Of a DNA stretch of 64,000 nucleotides, positions 42,431-55,736 are shown piece by piece. Made by a program: the position numbers and the translations under genes. Under the pieces are notes generated by a model. That model was given only the letters and a program-made list of their open reading frames with translations, was not told where the DNA came from and searched no databases. The stretch covers positions 2,046,001 to 2,110,000 of the forward strand of contig OZ024752.1 of assembly GCA_964016885.1 (NCBI GenBank). The letters are read 5' to 3'. The first letter of the stretch is position 1. Every line of letters starts with the position of its first letter. The DNA is from Eledone cirrhosa. Taxonomy: Eukaryota.

Positions 42431-43426
42431 TGGATCGTAACTGTAAATCAATGGGCCAGAATTATAAGTTACTAAATTTGGCGGATTCTGCTTATGAATA
42501 GCATTAAATTTGCACGTGGCTGTGGAATGTCATGCCATTAAATATGTATGTCATGAGCATGAGTTCTATGGATAAAAAAAAGCAATAAAAATAGGTCATC
42601 GAAGCAATGTTGATCAGGGTGTACAAATCCTCACAAATGCAGAGAAAGTCGTACACATGCACACACAAAAAGCTCACACATAAGAACCTATGTAGCTGAT
42701 ATGACATACAGAGGCATAGAAATAATGGGGGAAATATTTAGTATTAACAATATCAAGGTACAACATACACTATTAATCATACAGAAACCTTGAAGAAAAA
42801 CATTGCTGCCACTTCAGGTAGTGCTGTTCATTTCGCTGTCGATATTGTTGTTATTGTCACAGCCATTGTTTTGTTGGTGTTACATATGTTGGTGTAGATG
42901 ATGGTGCATTTGCTCTTGCAAGTGATGCTGCTGCAAGTATTTCATACAATTGCAGAAGCTACAGTGTTCATAATAGTGTTGGTCACGTGTTCCCCAATGC
43001 TATATTTGTTGCATATAGTGTCACTATAATTTTCGTTAATGTATTCTTTTGTGGCAGTGGTAGTCTTGTTGTTGGTGGTAACAATGTGATAATGTTGGTT
43101 GGCATTTGGAAACGTCAGTGTGTTTCTGTTGTGGTGTTGATATTTTTAGGGGTTTCATATTTTCTCTGCTCGCAAATCAATTTTATAATTCATGTCTTCT
43201 GTTGCAGATGTTGTCGGTGTTGCTGCTGCTTATGCTGTTGCTTTTGTTGTCTTCTGAATTGTTTGAACTTCAGCTGTTTCATTTTGTGAACAACGGTATC
43301 TTCCCCACTGCGGATATCTCCTCACTCACCACGTGTTTTTTTAATCATATATAGATATATAATAAGGTGAATAAACAACACACTCATGGACTGTTCTGCA
43401 CACAATAAACATAATAATAGTATGTG

Positions 43427-43428
<2 letters not shown>

Positions 43429-43492
<64 letters not shown>
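43429..43492. repeat. (AG)n microsatellite
   Basis: Direct reading of the sequence. Confidence 0.97.
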
Positions 43493-43494
<2 letters not shown>

Positions 43495-44441
43495 GTGTGT
43501 ACATGGTGTAAGTATGAAAGTGAGGAAAAGAAAAACTTCACAAAAAATTAATCTAAAACAAAAGGTGTGATATGCTGTTGAAGGAGAGAATACCATACAT
43601 TTTCTATTATATGAGATGCTGTCTCAATAGAAAATCAATCTGATTACTGACGCAGTATAAATCTCTGTCTTAGCAAACCTGAAGACACATTACGTTACAT
43701 GATACCATAAAATATGATAACATTTCTCCAGCTTGAGAAGAAACGTAATTCTGAAAGAGACATTCTCACCATTTCAAATCTGCGGAAATATGATAGCCCA
43801 GCATATGGAAGCAAATGTTCAAATTTAAATGTTTTAATATGGATGAGAGAAACCTATATATAAGTAAATACTGAGCGAAATAAGTTTTAAGTATGTACAT
43901 GTGTATTATAAATACTATAGGTTTAAAAACATTAATTATCGCAATCAGAAAGAGTTGGGCATTGCTAAGACAGCTGGTACATTAAAGTTTATCCTGAGAC
44001 GTAAACAAAAAAATAAAACAAAACATACGATTAGTTCAGTTCCAAGCACATACACCCGGCATTCAAAATAGGAAACTTCAAAACAATATATGAATGAACA
44101 TCTTATTAAATATTGAACCAACTTTATTCACTTATGTTATCAGTTTGCACAACTGTACATGTTCACTATTCACTTAAAAATAGCCCCAACAAATCTGAAA
44201 CTTAAATTGACACGAGGTCTGATGAATAAAATTAAATCAAATTGCTATTCCTCATACAAAAACATTTATGCATCGAAGTAATTGTTCGATAAACGAAAAC
44301 AAATTAATATATATATACATATACATATATATATATATATATATATGTAACGAAGGAAATGTGGTAAGGAACCAGGTGGACCATAACGCACCAAAATACT
44401 CAATACTTGGGGTAGTAGAGTGGGTAATAGGAACCAGTAGG

Positions 44442-44535
44442 ACCCCGACGGCTGAGCTCAAGCCGTTTCGACGGCTAATTCTGGACTAAATTAACATTTA
44501 TCCTGGTATTTAAATAGCCGATCTTCTCAAGGGGT
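44442..44535 (-). ncRNA. Type I hammerhead, U3-A8 core, family B
   Basis: Minus strand acccc-TTGAGAA-gatcggcta..tagccgtc-GAAAC-ggct tgagctc agcc-GTC-ggggt. Confidence 0.8.
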
Positions 44536-45641
44536 AATTCCATATATGGTCAAAGTGATTGTCAAAAGTCAGTAGTAATTCTGTGATTGCAAATTAGTAG
44601 GGGAGATGGTGGCTAAACTTGCCAGTAGGAGAAAGAGGGGAGGGGGTGGAGTAGACCCAATCAAGCGTTGGTAGTGCCAGCTACAGCTGGGCATGAGGTC
44701 AAAGAAGATACTGGGGAGGGGGAGGGGCAGGAAGTCAGAACGGTAGGTAGAACAATGAGGGGTAAAAATATATATGAAAGAAAAAAATACTGAGAGTGAA
44801 GAAAGGCGAATAAGTGTAAAGAAACAAGTAAAGCAAGTTCTACGACCTAAGTCTCTAGCTATTGTTAGGCTAGATAAATAAAGAAATAAAGAAATAAAGA
44901 AAGAAAGAAGTAGAGAAAGAAATAAAGAAGTAACGAAATAAGTAAATGAACTAGGTGGGACGGTATAGGCAAGGACCCTTTTAAGAGGTATAAGTACGTA
45001 AATCATACGGTGACAGGTCAACAAATGGGGCCAAAATACTAAAGAGACTACCACGAAATAAATAATAAAGGTTTCTATCCCGGGCACAATGCCAGCAACC
45101 ACCCAGTGCAGCAAAGTAAACTAGTACGAGATAATAATTCTGAGTCCCGAAAAAAATATATACTAATGCTAACTCTAAAAGATCTTAAACAAGCTACATG
45201 AAAGTTCGTACGAAGTAAAGGTAGAATACGGAAAAATAAATTCAGAATCCACCCCGCCCAAAAGAAAAGCGAAGAAAGAAATACTGAAACGAGAAAATAA
45301 GGCATAAGTGCCACTAAGAAATATAGAAGGCACGGAAAATAGTGGGAGCGGTCGGAAAAAGGGGGCAAGTATCCGGGGTCTAAACCAACGGCTATAAAAA
45401 GCGGAGTCCGCCAAATCTATCATAGACTAGGGGATATGGTGGGTGTACTAAGGCTACAAGGGGCCAAAGGGCAGCCTCGGGTGGGCGAGAAAAGACGCCG
45501 ACAAAGAAGAAGAGCTGGGGTAGAAGGACTAAGGAGGGATGGGGGGAAGGAAATAAAGGAAGCGATAAAAGAATAAAAAGAAGATCTTACGTCTCCCTTG
45601 GCAAGCAGGGGTTACCCATTGCAAAATCGGCAAGTGGGGTG

Positions 45642-47708
45642 TTATAGCCCTAGTCTACCCCCCCCCTCCCCCCTCGGGTCATTATGGGGTTTGAGGGCGA
45701 GGTAAGTCCTACGCAATCTATGTTTACATGCAGTAACCAGTTCATCTTTCTTGTTTAGGAGTTGGTCCGTCGAAAACAGTATTAGTAAAGTTTCCTCCGA
45801 GCATAAATTGCACGGACGGCGTCCTCCCGTGTAAGAATTGGCTCTGGACAGTAATCTCCAAGTGAGATCATAGGTGACGTTGTTGTCCTTGAGGTCCCAT
45901 ATGTGGCCCGAAAGTGTAGTGGCGTGACGCCTGGCCGGGTTTCGGAAGGTTTGTCTATGTTGGTATAGTCGGGACTTGAAGTCACATGCGGTAAGTCCTA
46001 TATAGGCTTTGTTGGAGGTATCCGTCCTCACGTTGCACTGGTAGATCACATTACGGTCTCTGCATCTATTGTCGAGTGGGCAAATGGATCTATCCGGACA
46101 GTTACACCTCCTGGTCGGTTCTCCACTGCTATTTAGGTTATTTCTGCCATCGGGGTTGAGTTTTTTGTTGTTAGAGGAGACGATGTTTTGTGCGAAGTTT
46201 GGTGTAGTGCTGTAAGAGAGTTTGATGGTATTTTTGTTAATTATGTTGTGGTAGCGGTGTTGTAGTGGGAAGTGTTTTTCAATGAGCCTAAAGATAGTTT
46301 CCCGATGGGAGTTGTCACCTCTGCGTTGTGGGGAGGATTGAACCATATTACATTGCGTGAGCGGCGGTGTCTCCTGCTGGTTCCGCTAATGGGAGCTGGA
46401 CAGTAGGATATTTCCTCCCGAAAACCACTCCGCTTGAGGGCCTGGTTGTAATAAGGCGCATGTTCATCGAATATCCGCTCATTAGCTGACAAACGATATA
46501 TGCGGAGGGAGATGTTTTTGACCAGGTTGTTTGTGATGTTCCTAGGATGGTTTGATCGGCGGTGGATGTAGTGCAGGTTGTCATTAGGTTTCCTGTATAG
46601 GTAGTACAGGTCGTTTTCGAGGTCGAGGGTCACGTCCAGGAAGTTTACTCGGGTCAGGGACGTTTGAAGGGTTATTTTAAATCCCCAGTCGCGGAAGAAG
46701 CTGATTAATTGTTTCAACCCGATCTGTACTACTGGGGTTGTACCCTTTAAGGGTAAGGAGCCCATCATCACGGTACAATCCACCACCGAATGCAGGAAAC
46801 ATATCAGTGAGTTTGGCTATTAGGAATAATCCTATAAGATCTGTGACCTCCGCCGAATCCGTGGCGCCCATGCTGACGTCGAAGGGTGAGTCGGGAGCTC
46901 TTTTTATCCATTTAGAGTCGTCAAAGAGTAAGACTGTCTTCCTGGCGTGGAGGATGATTTTTCTTTCCTGGTCGGTGATGGGCACATGTGTTTCGGCGAA
47001 GTCCAAGGCGGCAGTAAGTAGCGGTAAGGTGATTGAAGCATAGTAGCTCTCTATGTCGAACTGTATGAATTTAGTGTCTCGTTTATCCTCCATATTGCTG
47101 AACCATGAGATTACTTCCTGGGTGTTGATCCATAGGCTAAGTCGGGCGTGTTGCTTGACTTTTGGTATCACGCTGTCTAGGATTTTTTTGCTGATTCTCC
47201 CTATGTCGGACTTCGTTGGGTTAATAAGCCTGATAGAGGGTTTACGGTCAAAATCGGATTTATGGTCCTTCAGTGTGAAGTATGGTGTCCGTGGGTCTAG
47301 AGGTTACGTGCGGTCGGCGACACCGAGGCTGGAGGTAATTTGTTGTCCATCTCGATTTATGTCCTCGATGCAAGAGTGGTTGGCCTTTTTATAGGTGGAG
47401 TTTAGGCTGCTCCTGATCAGTGTGTGGTATCTGTCAGGGTTGAAAAAGTATAGGTTCCCAGTTTTATCCGAATGCACCATGATGTCATTGGTGTTATCAT
47501 ACTATGTTAAGTTGCTACGGAGTTTTTATAGGAATCGGTTGTGTCTGGGTTTAAATTTAATGTTCTTGACCAGTTGGAAGAGGTCATTCTCGAAGGGTGA
47601 GAGCAAGGGGTTCGGGGACGGAGATTTGTAGGTAATAAATCCGAATCTCTCCTTGGTGCCGAAGTCCTGGTTGTCGCAATATCTGTCACAGAAACGCAGA
47701 GGTGACAA
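45642..47708 (-). pseudogene. Frameshifted PLE RT + GIY-YIG polyprotein
   Basis: FIQFDIESYYASI, VSMGATDSAE, GGLYRDDGLL, NFLDVTLDL, SNHP, VIWFNPP, CNCPDRSICPL, VIY..AYIG..FKSRLYQH and CNLCSEE spread over several frames. Confidence 0.93.
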
Positions 47709-48374
47709 CTCCCATCGGGATAACTATTCTTTAGGCTCATTGAAAAACACTTCCCACTACAACACCGCTACCACAACATAATTAACAAAAATACCATCAA
47801 ACTCTCTTACAGCACTACACCAAACTTCGCACAAAACATCGTCTCCTCTAACAACAAAAAACTCAACCCCGATGGCAGAAATAACCTAAATAGCAGTGGA
47901 GAACCGACCAGGAGGTGTAACTGTCCGGATAGATCCATTTGCCCACTCGACAATAGATGCAGAGACCGTAATGTGATCTACCAGTGCAACGTGAGGACGG
48001 ATACCTCCAACAAAGCCTATATAGGACTTACCGCATGTGACTTCAAGACCCGGCTATACCAACATAGACATACCTTCCGAAACCCGGCCGGGCGTCACGC
48101 CACTACACTTTCGGGCCACATATGGGACCTCAAGGACAAAAACGTCACCTATGATCTCACTTGGAGATTACTGTCCAGAGCCAATTCTTACACGGGAGGA
48201 CGCCGTCCGTGCAATTTATGCTCGGAGGGAACTTTACAAATACTGTTTTCGACGGACCAACTCCTAAACAAGAAAGATGAACTGGTTACTGCATGTAAAC
48301 ATAGATTGCGTAGGACTTACCTCGCCCTCAAACCCCATAATGACCCGAGGGGGGGGGGTAGACTAGGGCTATAA
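47701..48374 (+). pseudogene. Inverted duplicate of linker + GIY-YIG
   Basis: ORF 47973-48374 nearly identical to the C-terminal part of 45642-46346. Confidence 0.92.
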
Positions 48375-49469
48375 CACCCCAATTGCCGATTTTTCAATGG
48401 GTAACCCCTGCTTGCCAAGGGAGACGTAAGATCCTCTTTTTATTCTTTTATCGCTTCCTTTATTTCCTTCCCTCCATCCCTCTTTAGTCTTTCTACCCCA
48501 GCTCTTCTTCTTTGTCGGCGTCTTTTCTCGCCCACCCGAGGCTGCCCTTTGGCCCCTTGCAGCCTTAGTACCCCCACCCCCTCCCCTAGTCTATGATAGA
48601 TTTGGCGGACTCCGCTTTTTATAGCAGTTGGTTTAGACCCCGGATACTTGCCCCCTTTTTCCGACCGCTCCCACTATTTTCCGTGCCTTCTATATTTCTT
48701 AGTGGCACTACGCCTTATTTTCTCGTTTCAGTATTTCTTTCTTCGCTTTTCTTTTGGGCGGGGTGAATTCTGAATTTATGTTTCCGTATTCTACCTTTAC
48801 TTCGTACGAACTTTCATGTAGCTTGTTTAAGATCTTTTAGAGTTAGCATTAGTATATATTTTTTTCGGGACTCAGAATTATTATCTCGTACTAGTTTACT
48901 TTGCTGCACTGGGTGGTTGCTGGCATTGTGCCCGGGATAGAAACCTTTATTATTTATTTCGTGGTAGTCTCTTTAGTATTTTGGCCCCATTTGTTGACCT
49001 GTCACCGTATGATTTACGTACTTATACCTCTTAAAATGGTCCTTGCCTACTCCGTCCCACCTAGTTCTTTTACTTATTTCGTTACTTCTTTATTTCTTAC
49101 TTTACTTCTTTCTTTCTTTCTTTATTTATTTATCTATTCTAACAATAGCTAGAGACTTAGGTCGTAGAACTTGATTTACTTTTTTCTTTACACTTATTCG
49201 CTTTTCTTCACTCTCAGTATTTTTTCTTTCATATATATTTTTACCCCTCATTGTTCTACCTACCGTTCCGACTTCCTCCCCCTCCCCCTCCCCAGTATCT
49301 TCTTTGACCTCATGCCCAGCTGTAGCTGGCACTACCAATGCTTGATTGGGTCTACTCCACCTCTCCCCTCTTTCTCCTACTGGCAAGTTCAGCCACCATC
49401 TCCCCTACTAATTTGCAATCACAGAATTACTACTGACTTTTGACAATCACTTTGACCATATATGGAATT

Positions 49470-49563
49470 ACGCCTTGAGAAGATCGGCTACTTAAATACC
49501 AGGATAAATTTTCATTTAGTCCAGAAATAGCCGTCGAAACGGCTTGAGCTCAGCCGTCGGGGT
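49470..49563 (+). ncRNA. U3-A8 hammerhead in inverted arm, family B
   Basis: acgcc-TTGAGAA-gatcggcta..tagccgtc-GAAAC..GTC-ggggt. Confidence 0.75.
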
Positions 49564-49573
49564 CTTACTGGTT

Positions 49574-49616
<43 letters not shown>

Positions 49617-49619
<3 letters not shown>

Positions 49620-49730
49620 AAAGTTCAACTTAAAATTGTTGGGATACAACAATTAAATATTTTATAACTGATATAAAGCACTCGACAAGTTTTTGGAGTA
49701 GATATACGATATTAAATAAATGGAAACTAT
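49617..49730 (-). mobile_element. Solo PLE tail fragment
   Basis: Minus strand TACTCcaaaaacttgtcGAGTGCTT; homologous to 3760-3860. Confidence 0.6.
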
Positions 49731-49761
49731 ATTTACAATAGAGTGCCCATTACAAACAATC

Positions 49762-49802
<41 letters not shown>

Positions 49803-49803
<1 letters not shown>

Positions 49804-49988
49804 GTTATTCCGGGTTGAATCGGAGGTAACCACGGTAAGTAAGGTACTCAATACATAGCAGAGTATAAAAGTTTTAATATAGATGAGATTCTACAGGACT
49901 AGAACTGTTTCATTCATTAGAAATCATCAGGAATCTGATTCCTGATGATTTCTAACGAATGAAACAGTTCTAGTCCTGTAGAATCTCA

Positions 49989-49995
<7 letters not shown>
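49803..49995 (-). mobile_element. Miniature family C insertion: tail + hammerhead + inverted hammerhead
   Basis: 49877-49995 is a near-perfect hairpin centred on 49936; tail at 49803-49876; (TA)n flanks. Confidence 0.85.
49937..49985 (+). ncRNA. Type I hammerhead, family C (mirror copy at 49887-49935 on -)
   Basis: gattc-CTGATGA-tttc taac gaat-GAAA-cag ttctagtc ctg-TA-gaatc. Confidence 0.8.
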
Positions 49996-50035
<40 letters not shown>

Positions 50036-50039
<4 letters not shown>

Positions 50040-50116
50040 CTACCAAATATTGGTTTCGTTATAACATAACATGTTGCGTTATTATTAATGCAATAGGATG
50101 CCCATTACAGTCAATG

Positions 50117-50175
<59 letters not shown>

Positions 50176-50268
50176 TATATAATTGATTGTTTGTAATGGG
50201 CACTCTATTGTATTAATAATAACGCAACACATTATTTGATATAAAGAAAGCAACTATTGGTAGTTTTA
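50036..50268. mobile_element. MITE-like hairpin with (TA)n core
   Basis: Arms 50036-50121 and 50182-50268 are imperfect reverse complements; extra arm piece at 49734-49765. Confidence 0.65.
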
Positions 50269-53047
50269 AATATACTGTTTATCTGTTGTAGTCAGGGGTG
50301 AACATTATCATCGGTACAAACGCCTCCGCCCTTGTTATGAATCGATCTCTAGATTTTGAAATATCTCGTTAATACGTCAAAGGTAGGAATCTCAGATTTA
50401 CATTTCTAACATTTCTTCCTGTGTTGAAACATAGATATCAGCGCTGGTTACTACAGGTAACTGCAAAAACCTTGTTCTTTTTTTGATAATTCTGTTATAT
50501 TTTGTGGCATAGTAATGTTGTATTTCTTCAGCGTTGTGTCATATTTGTATTCTTACAATGAAGAGATCAGCATATTAGACTTGTTTTATGGATAGTGAAA
50601 TTACTATAGAATCCTTTTGCAGAGACAAATGCCAGTTACCATTGCCATTCCAATTTTCTAGTTCAATACATCTAGATGAGTTTCTTTTCTGAAATCTAGT
50701 TAATGTGACATACGTTTGACCATCTGGAACAATTGCATTCTCAGATATATGCAACTGTCTGCACATGTGTCTTGTTGCATGTCAATAAAATGACTGGATA
50801 GAGAGAAAAAACTACATGTACAATGTACAATGACGGAAGCTCGTTTGATTGTAATACATGAGGTACCCTTGGGATGCGTAGACATTTCCCAGCTTCCAGT
50901 TAGGAAATTACCTCATATCTACTCACATGTTTACGTAAAGAGATTATGCTGTTGTGTTAAATTTGTATGTTCATTTAAAACATCTCACATTCAAAGTATT
51001 CACTGTCATTATCGACCACATGTGATATGAAATAATATTTCATCACCGGAATACATGATCAAATTCAATATATTTGCCTCTCTGCTATAATATTTTTTAG
51101 GTTTTTAAAGTCTCTGTGTCCTATCAAAATTGTGTGTATTTAGTTTACTGCAACACATTGATCTACGACCTCGGACAACACGATCACAAGGAAATGCACT
51201 CATTTCATACAACAAAAATGTAGTTTTCACATGTTCGTCATCAGTGTTACTTGCAGTAATTTCTCAGAAATTGATTCTCAAATCCATTTTCCATATGAAA
51301 TATGAAAACCTCAGTATTTTTTCACACATGTTGGGCGCATTGCTCTACCGTGTACAACTTAAATAGTTAGCGTCCTGGTAGAACACAATCAATTGTGACT
51401 GTATTGTACATATTACAACTTCCTATCAAACATTCTTTTAAAATACATACGTCCCTTACTGTACTATAATATGTTACGGTTATGTCTCAATTCTCCGGTT
51501 ATATCATTGCTTTTCAAAATCCAAGGCAATATAATAGTTATTTCAAGTGTTGTTTCCTCCTTGCAATGCAGTATTCTACCAATTGACGAGGAACTGCTAC
51601 AAATAGATGTAATATAGAAACTATGTGTTTTAAGATAGATTATAATATAATATGAGGTTGGACCTAGGGCACATTCTTCTACTCCCACTAGCGTTGTCCT
51701 TTTTCATCTGACTACGCCCCGTGCATTTTTCTTTCACTCAAAGACTCGTATATGTTTGGAATGTTATGAACCACCTTCGTAGAATCAATCAAAATTCATA
51801 TAGCTCTTGTTGATTTCGACATATCGATATTGCTATAATGCATCCAATATATTCAAACTTAAATTGATGTTCATAGTATACATTTCACCTCTTTATGCTA
51901 CTGCTACTTTGAAACACCACCTTGCCTCTCGGCGTCTAATTGTGTGTTTGAAATATTGTAGTAATTTAGAAACTACATTTACTCTAGCAACAGCAAGTGC
52001 TTTTTTTAATTTTTATTCATGCAGGATAATTCGTTCCTTCTGTTTAAGATGATATGACATTACTATAGATGGTTTCGCATGGACAAGGGGAATTTAGGAA
52101 TTCTTTAGAATGCTTCAATACTGAAATATTTTGTGCATTTATAAATGTTCACATCTTAGACATGAATATATTTCACGCGGGCATCCTTGACTCTGAAGTG
52201 ATAACGGCTTATTCCTTTGTGATGTACTTACAAATGTGTTTACGCGCCAGCTCACTAGACAATTTACAGCTGATGTGACATTGATATAACTCATAAAGAT
52301 GAGTATTGAAGGATCATAATCTTTCTTAATTCGAAAGAATTGACATTGGTGCAAGATAGTATCTGCATGTCCACTCTAATGGAAATCACTCTATATAGTC
52401 ATGATATGCTTGGCTGAATGATTTTGAATAAACATTTAAGTATTGTGTATAGATGTAAAAAGGAGTGATGATCTTATAGAACTTTCAATTCATCCCTCTA
52501 CTTAAGCTCTCCTAACACACTACCTTATTTATCACCGATGTGATTTTGAATTTGGGAGATTCAGTCATCAATAATAGCTTTTATAACGCCACACACTTGC
52601 ATTTTGAATACTCAGAGTGATCAAGAATTCTGCTTAGGTGTTCATCCTTGCGACAGCATGTGTAGTCCATTAGACACTTGCGCCTATGTCAGGTCGGGAA
52701 TATATGTAGTTTTACAATATACAGAATGTAATATATTTGAATTTAGATATATCTATGGAAAACAGTGATTAGATTTCAACGGAATTTAAATAATTTCAAA
52801 TATTAACTCCATTGGAATCAATGGAAAACATATATGTACTATTGAAGAAATCCACTTAAATCCAAAATGGACACAATTCACCTAAGCCACAACAAAATCC
52901 AGATCTGATCATAAGTTATTTATGCAACGATTGTGGTCTCGGCGCTATTGAGACATGCTGCTCTATTGTAACTATGTTCCTCAATATTCTGATATAAATT
53001 ACCTTCTCTTCTGAGCAGTGATTATATCACTTTACCTGTTGTGATGT

Positions 53048-53086
<39 letters not shown>

Positions 53087-54267
53087 CAGTGACTACCAGC
53101 GTAAAGTTGTCACTCGTTTAAAAGCTGTCATGAAGCCCAAAATATTCGATATAACATAACGCGCGTAATTATGTTTTAATATGTATAAAAGCGTTCTAAA
53201 TATTGTAATTTCAAAAATGATATACATATAATTCTTTGGAAAAAGGAATTATATCAATAATTCATCTGAAATGGATAGTACGTTTCCTATTTAACAATCA
53301 TCATAGCAAATATGAACTGATAGGCGTTGCTATTTACGTAAGTTGGTTACTTATATTTATACAAAATTAGTGTTGTTAAAATGAAATTAGTAAATTTATA
53401 TCATTGATGCCCAAGAAAGTTTATATGAAATACTATGTGAAAATGTCGATATTTTTCTTGCTTGACCAAGCGATGTTTTCATGTGACGCATCGTGTAATA
53501 AATATAAAATGAATATAACATATATTTAATAGAAATTATAATGTAAAATCTGTTTCATATAACTAATAAAATATTCTATTTTACACAATCTATAAATGTC
53601 ATCTACTGAAGTAAGGCGATTGCAACGTATTTTTACCATTTCTTAAAACACTGTCTTCGTGTTTAATGAAATGCAAATGGTATTGGAATTTTTAGAATAA
53701 TATTTACAAAGCTTCGTATTTACTAAATGTGTTAAAAATTTTAATTTGCAAATCATATAATTCCACTTTATAAGAACTGAAATATTTGCTAGCCATGATT
53801 AGACTTATTAAGAAATTTTGAAAAAATTATATATGAATCGATTTTCAGATTATGTAAAATAAGTTATATATAGTTTATATATAATATATAGTTTATGGCC
53901 ATCTAAGTCAATGAAACGAATATAAAACCATAGAGAATTATAAATCAGTAGAAGAATGTTTAAGATTCTACGCAGTAAAGTCTTTTTAGCACCAATTATT
54001 GTCATCCCAACAAATGAAAGAAGGTTAAAATGAACGTTGATAAAACGGATAAATGAGACAAAATAAGAACGGAAATTAACGCAATAATAATATATTACAT
54101 TATTGCAGAAAGGCCTTTACAAATATAGGAGAGGTTTATCAATATTAATTCTCCTATTTTCTCAAATACAGAAATAAAAAGCATATTGTCAATTTTCAAA
54201 TGTCAATGATGAGTATCATATTTACATTTCATGTACTGTGTATATGCATAGTATAAAGCATTAAATT

Positions 54268-54334
<67 letters not shown>

Positions 54335-54335
<1 letters not shown>

Positions 54336-55320
54336 TAAAATAACAGATTTAAGTTTAAGAAAAGAATCGCTGCTTTGACCCTTAACGGGATCTTCTGAAA
54401 CTAACAAAGTCAATCTGTGAACGCAGAAGTGAATATTGAAAAAAACGTTGCAACCGGAGAAGACAGAAAGACAATACTTTGGTTCGTGGAAACGTTCCCT
54501 GGCAAAGAACGGGAAAAAACGAATATAATAGGTCATTATTTGGAGCGGTGAAAAACAATTACACGCAAAGACAGAACCACGTTTATGGTATAAAAGAAGT
54601 CGTAGACTAATGTTTTCTTAGGTGGTGCATAGAGGCGTTCTCTGGCAATGAACGAAAAAACGAAGATAATACGTCATATGTGGAGCGTGGAGAACAATTG
54701 CACGTAAAGACAAAACCACGTAAATGGTATAGCTGAAGTCGTGAAGTCGTAGACTAAAATTCTAACTAGGAAACCGAATGATTCTCGGCTTCAGAGTTAA
54801 GAATAAAGTAAATAAAATACAGAGGTAATTGAAATTAAATAAATACATACACGCATCCATATACGTACATACACAGGGGTACGCGAAAGCACTCGCCATA
54901 GGTATACAAATACACGCACATATAAATGTGTGTGTGTGTGTGCGTGTATACAAATAATTAAATAAACGTATATAAATAAATAAATACGTATATAACAAGC
55001 GCGCACACACATACCTACATGTAAATACACATATGTTCGGAGACGTACGTCAACCAAAACACGAAGTACACATATACACACACCCTACATACGTACGAAC
55101 CCGCATACTCACACAGACGCAAAACTCATTTATACACATATCCAAAAGCATATGTACCAAAGTATATAAAATATACGCCATAACATATACAATCAAATAT
55201 ACGTACGAGAAAGTATACGTACCTTCACAAAACATACATGTAATATATACTTACCTATGCAAATAAGTAATGGTATAAACATAACATATACTTAGCTACC
55301 ACATCAAGACGTAACATATC
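54335..55320 (-). mobile_element. Family E element
   Basis: Reverse complement of 26330-27243, plus 55240-55320; CAGAAGA motif at 54344-54417 with GAAA damaged. Confidence 0.85.
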
Positions 55321-55342
55321 CGCGTATATATCGTACTATCCG

Positions 55343-55736
55343 TTTTTGTATTACATATTTTCGTTAATGTTTCATGGTTTAATACCTCATCGTTCTAAGT
55401 TATAAATTGTCTACGGTTCTTATATATTTGATATATATTTATCTTTATCGAGCCCTCTTTGGATTTTAGTCTTCAAATTTATTATTATTACTATTATTAC
55501 TATATATATATATATATATAATGTGTGTGTGTGTATGTGTGTGTGTGTGTGGTTGTGTGAGTGCATGTATAATGTCAACATTTAAAATTGAAAATAATGA
55601 GTTCCTTTAAAATGGGATGGTTCTGATATTGTTTCCACACATTGGTAATCAAATTTCCCACCTCTGATTTTGTATCACATACTTTTGTTAATGTTTCATA
55701 GTTTATTACCTCATCGTTCTAAGTAATAAATTGTCT
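55343..55736. repeat. Direct repeat, ~68 bp (55343 and 55668)
   Basis: ttttgtat.acata.ttt.gttaatgtttcat.gttta.tacctcatcgttctaagt.ataaattgtct occurs twice; 55413-55455 also matches 58252-58295 in reverse. Confidence 0.75.

Larger units (their letters stand above)
44348..49578 (-). mobile_element. Penelope-like element, family B, with ~1.9-kb inverted duplication
   Basis: Minus-strand RT-EN at 45642-47708; 47693-49578 is the reverse complement of 44427-46327; tail at 44348-44426 only on the left; (TA)n flanks. Confidence 0.95.

Noticed and set aside
42790-43330. Gln-rich coding exon on minus strand
   Set aside because: Decayed CAA/CAG repeat with stops and no supported splice structure
47693-49578. 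ADAR-type A-to-G bias between inverted arms
   Set aside because: The few differences checked by eye include as many transversions; not supportable without a full alignment
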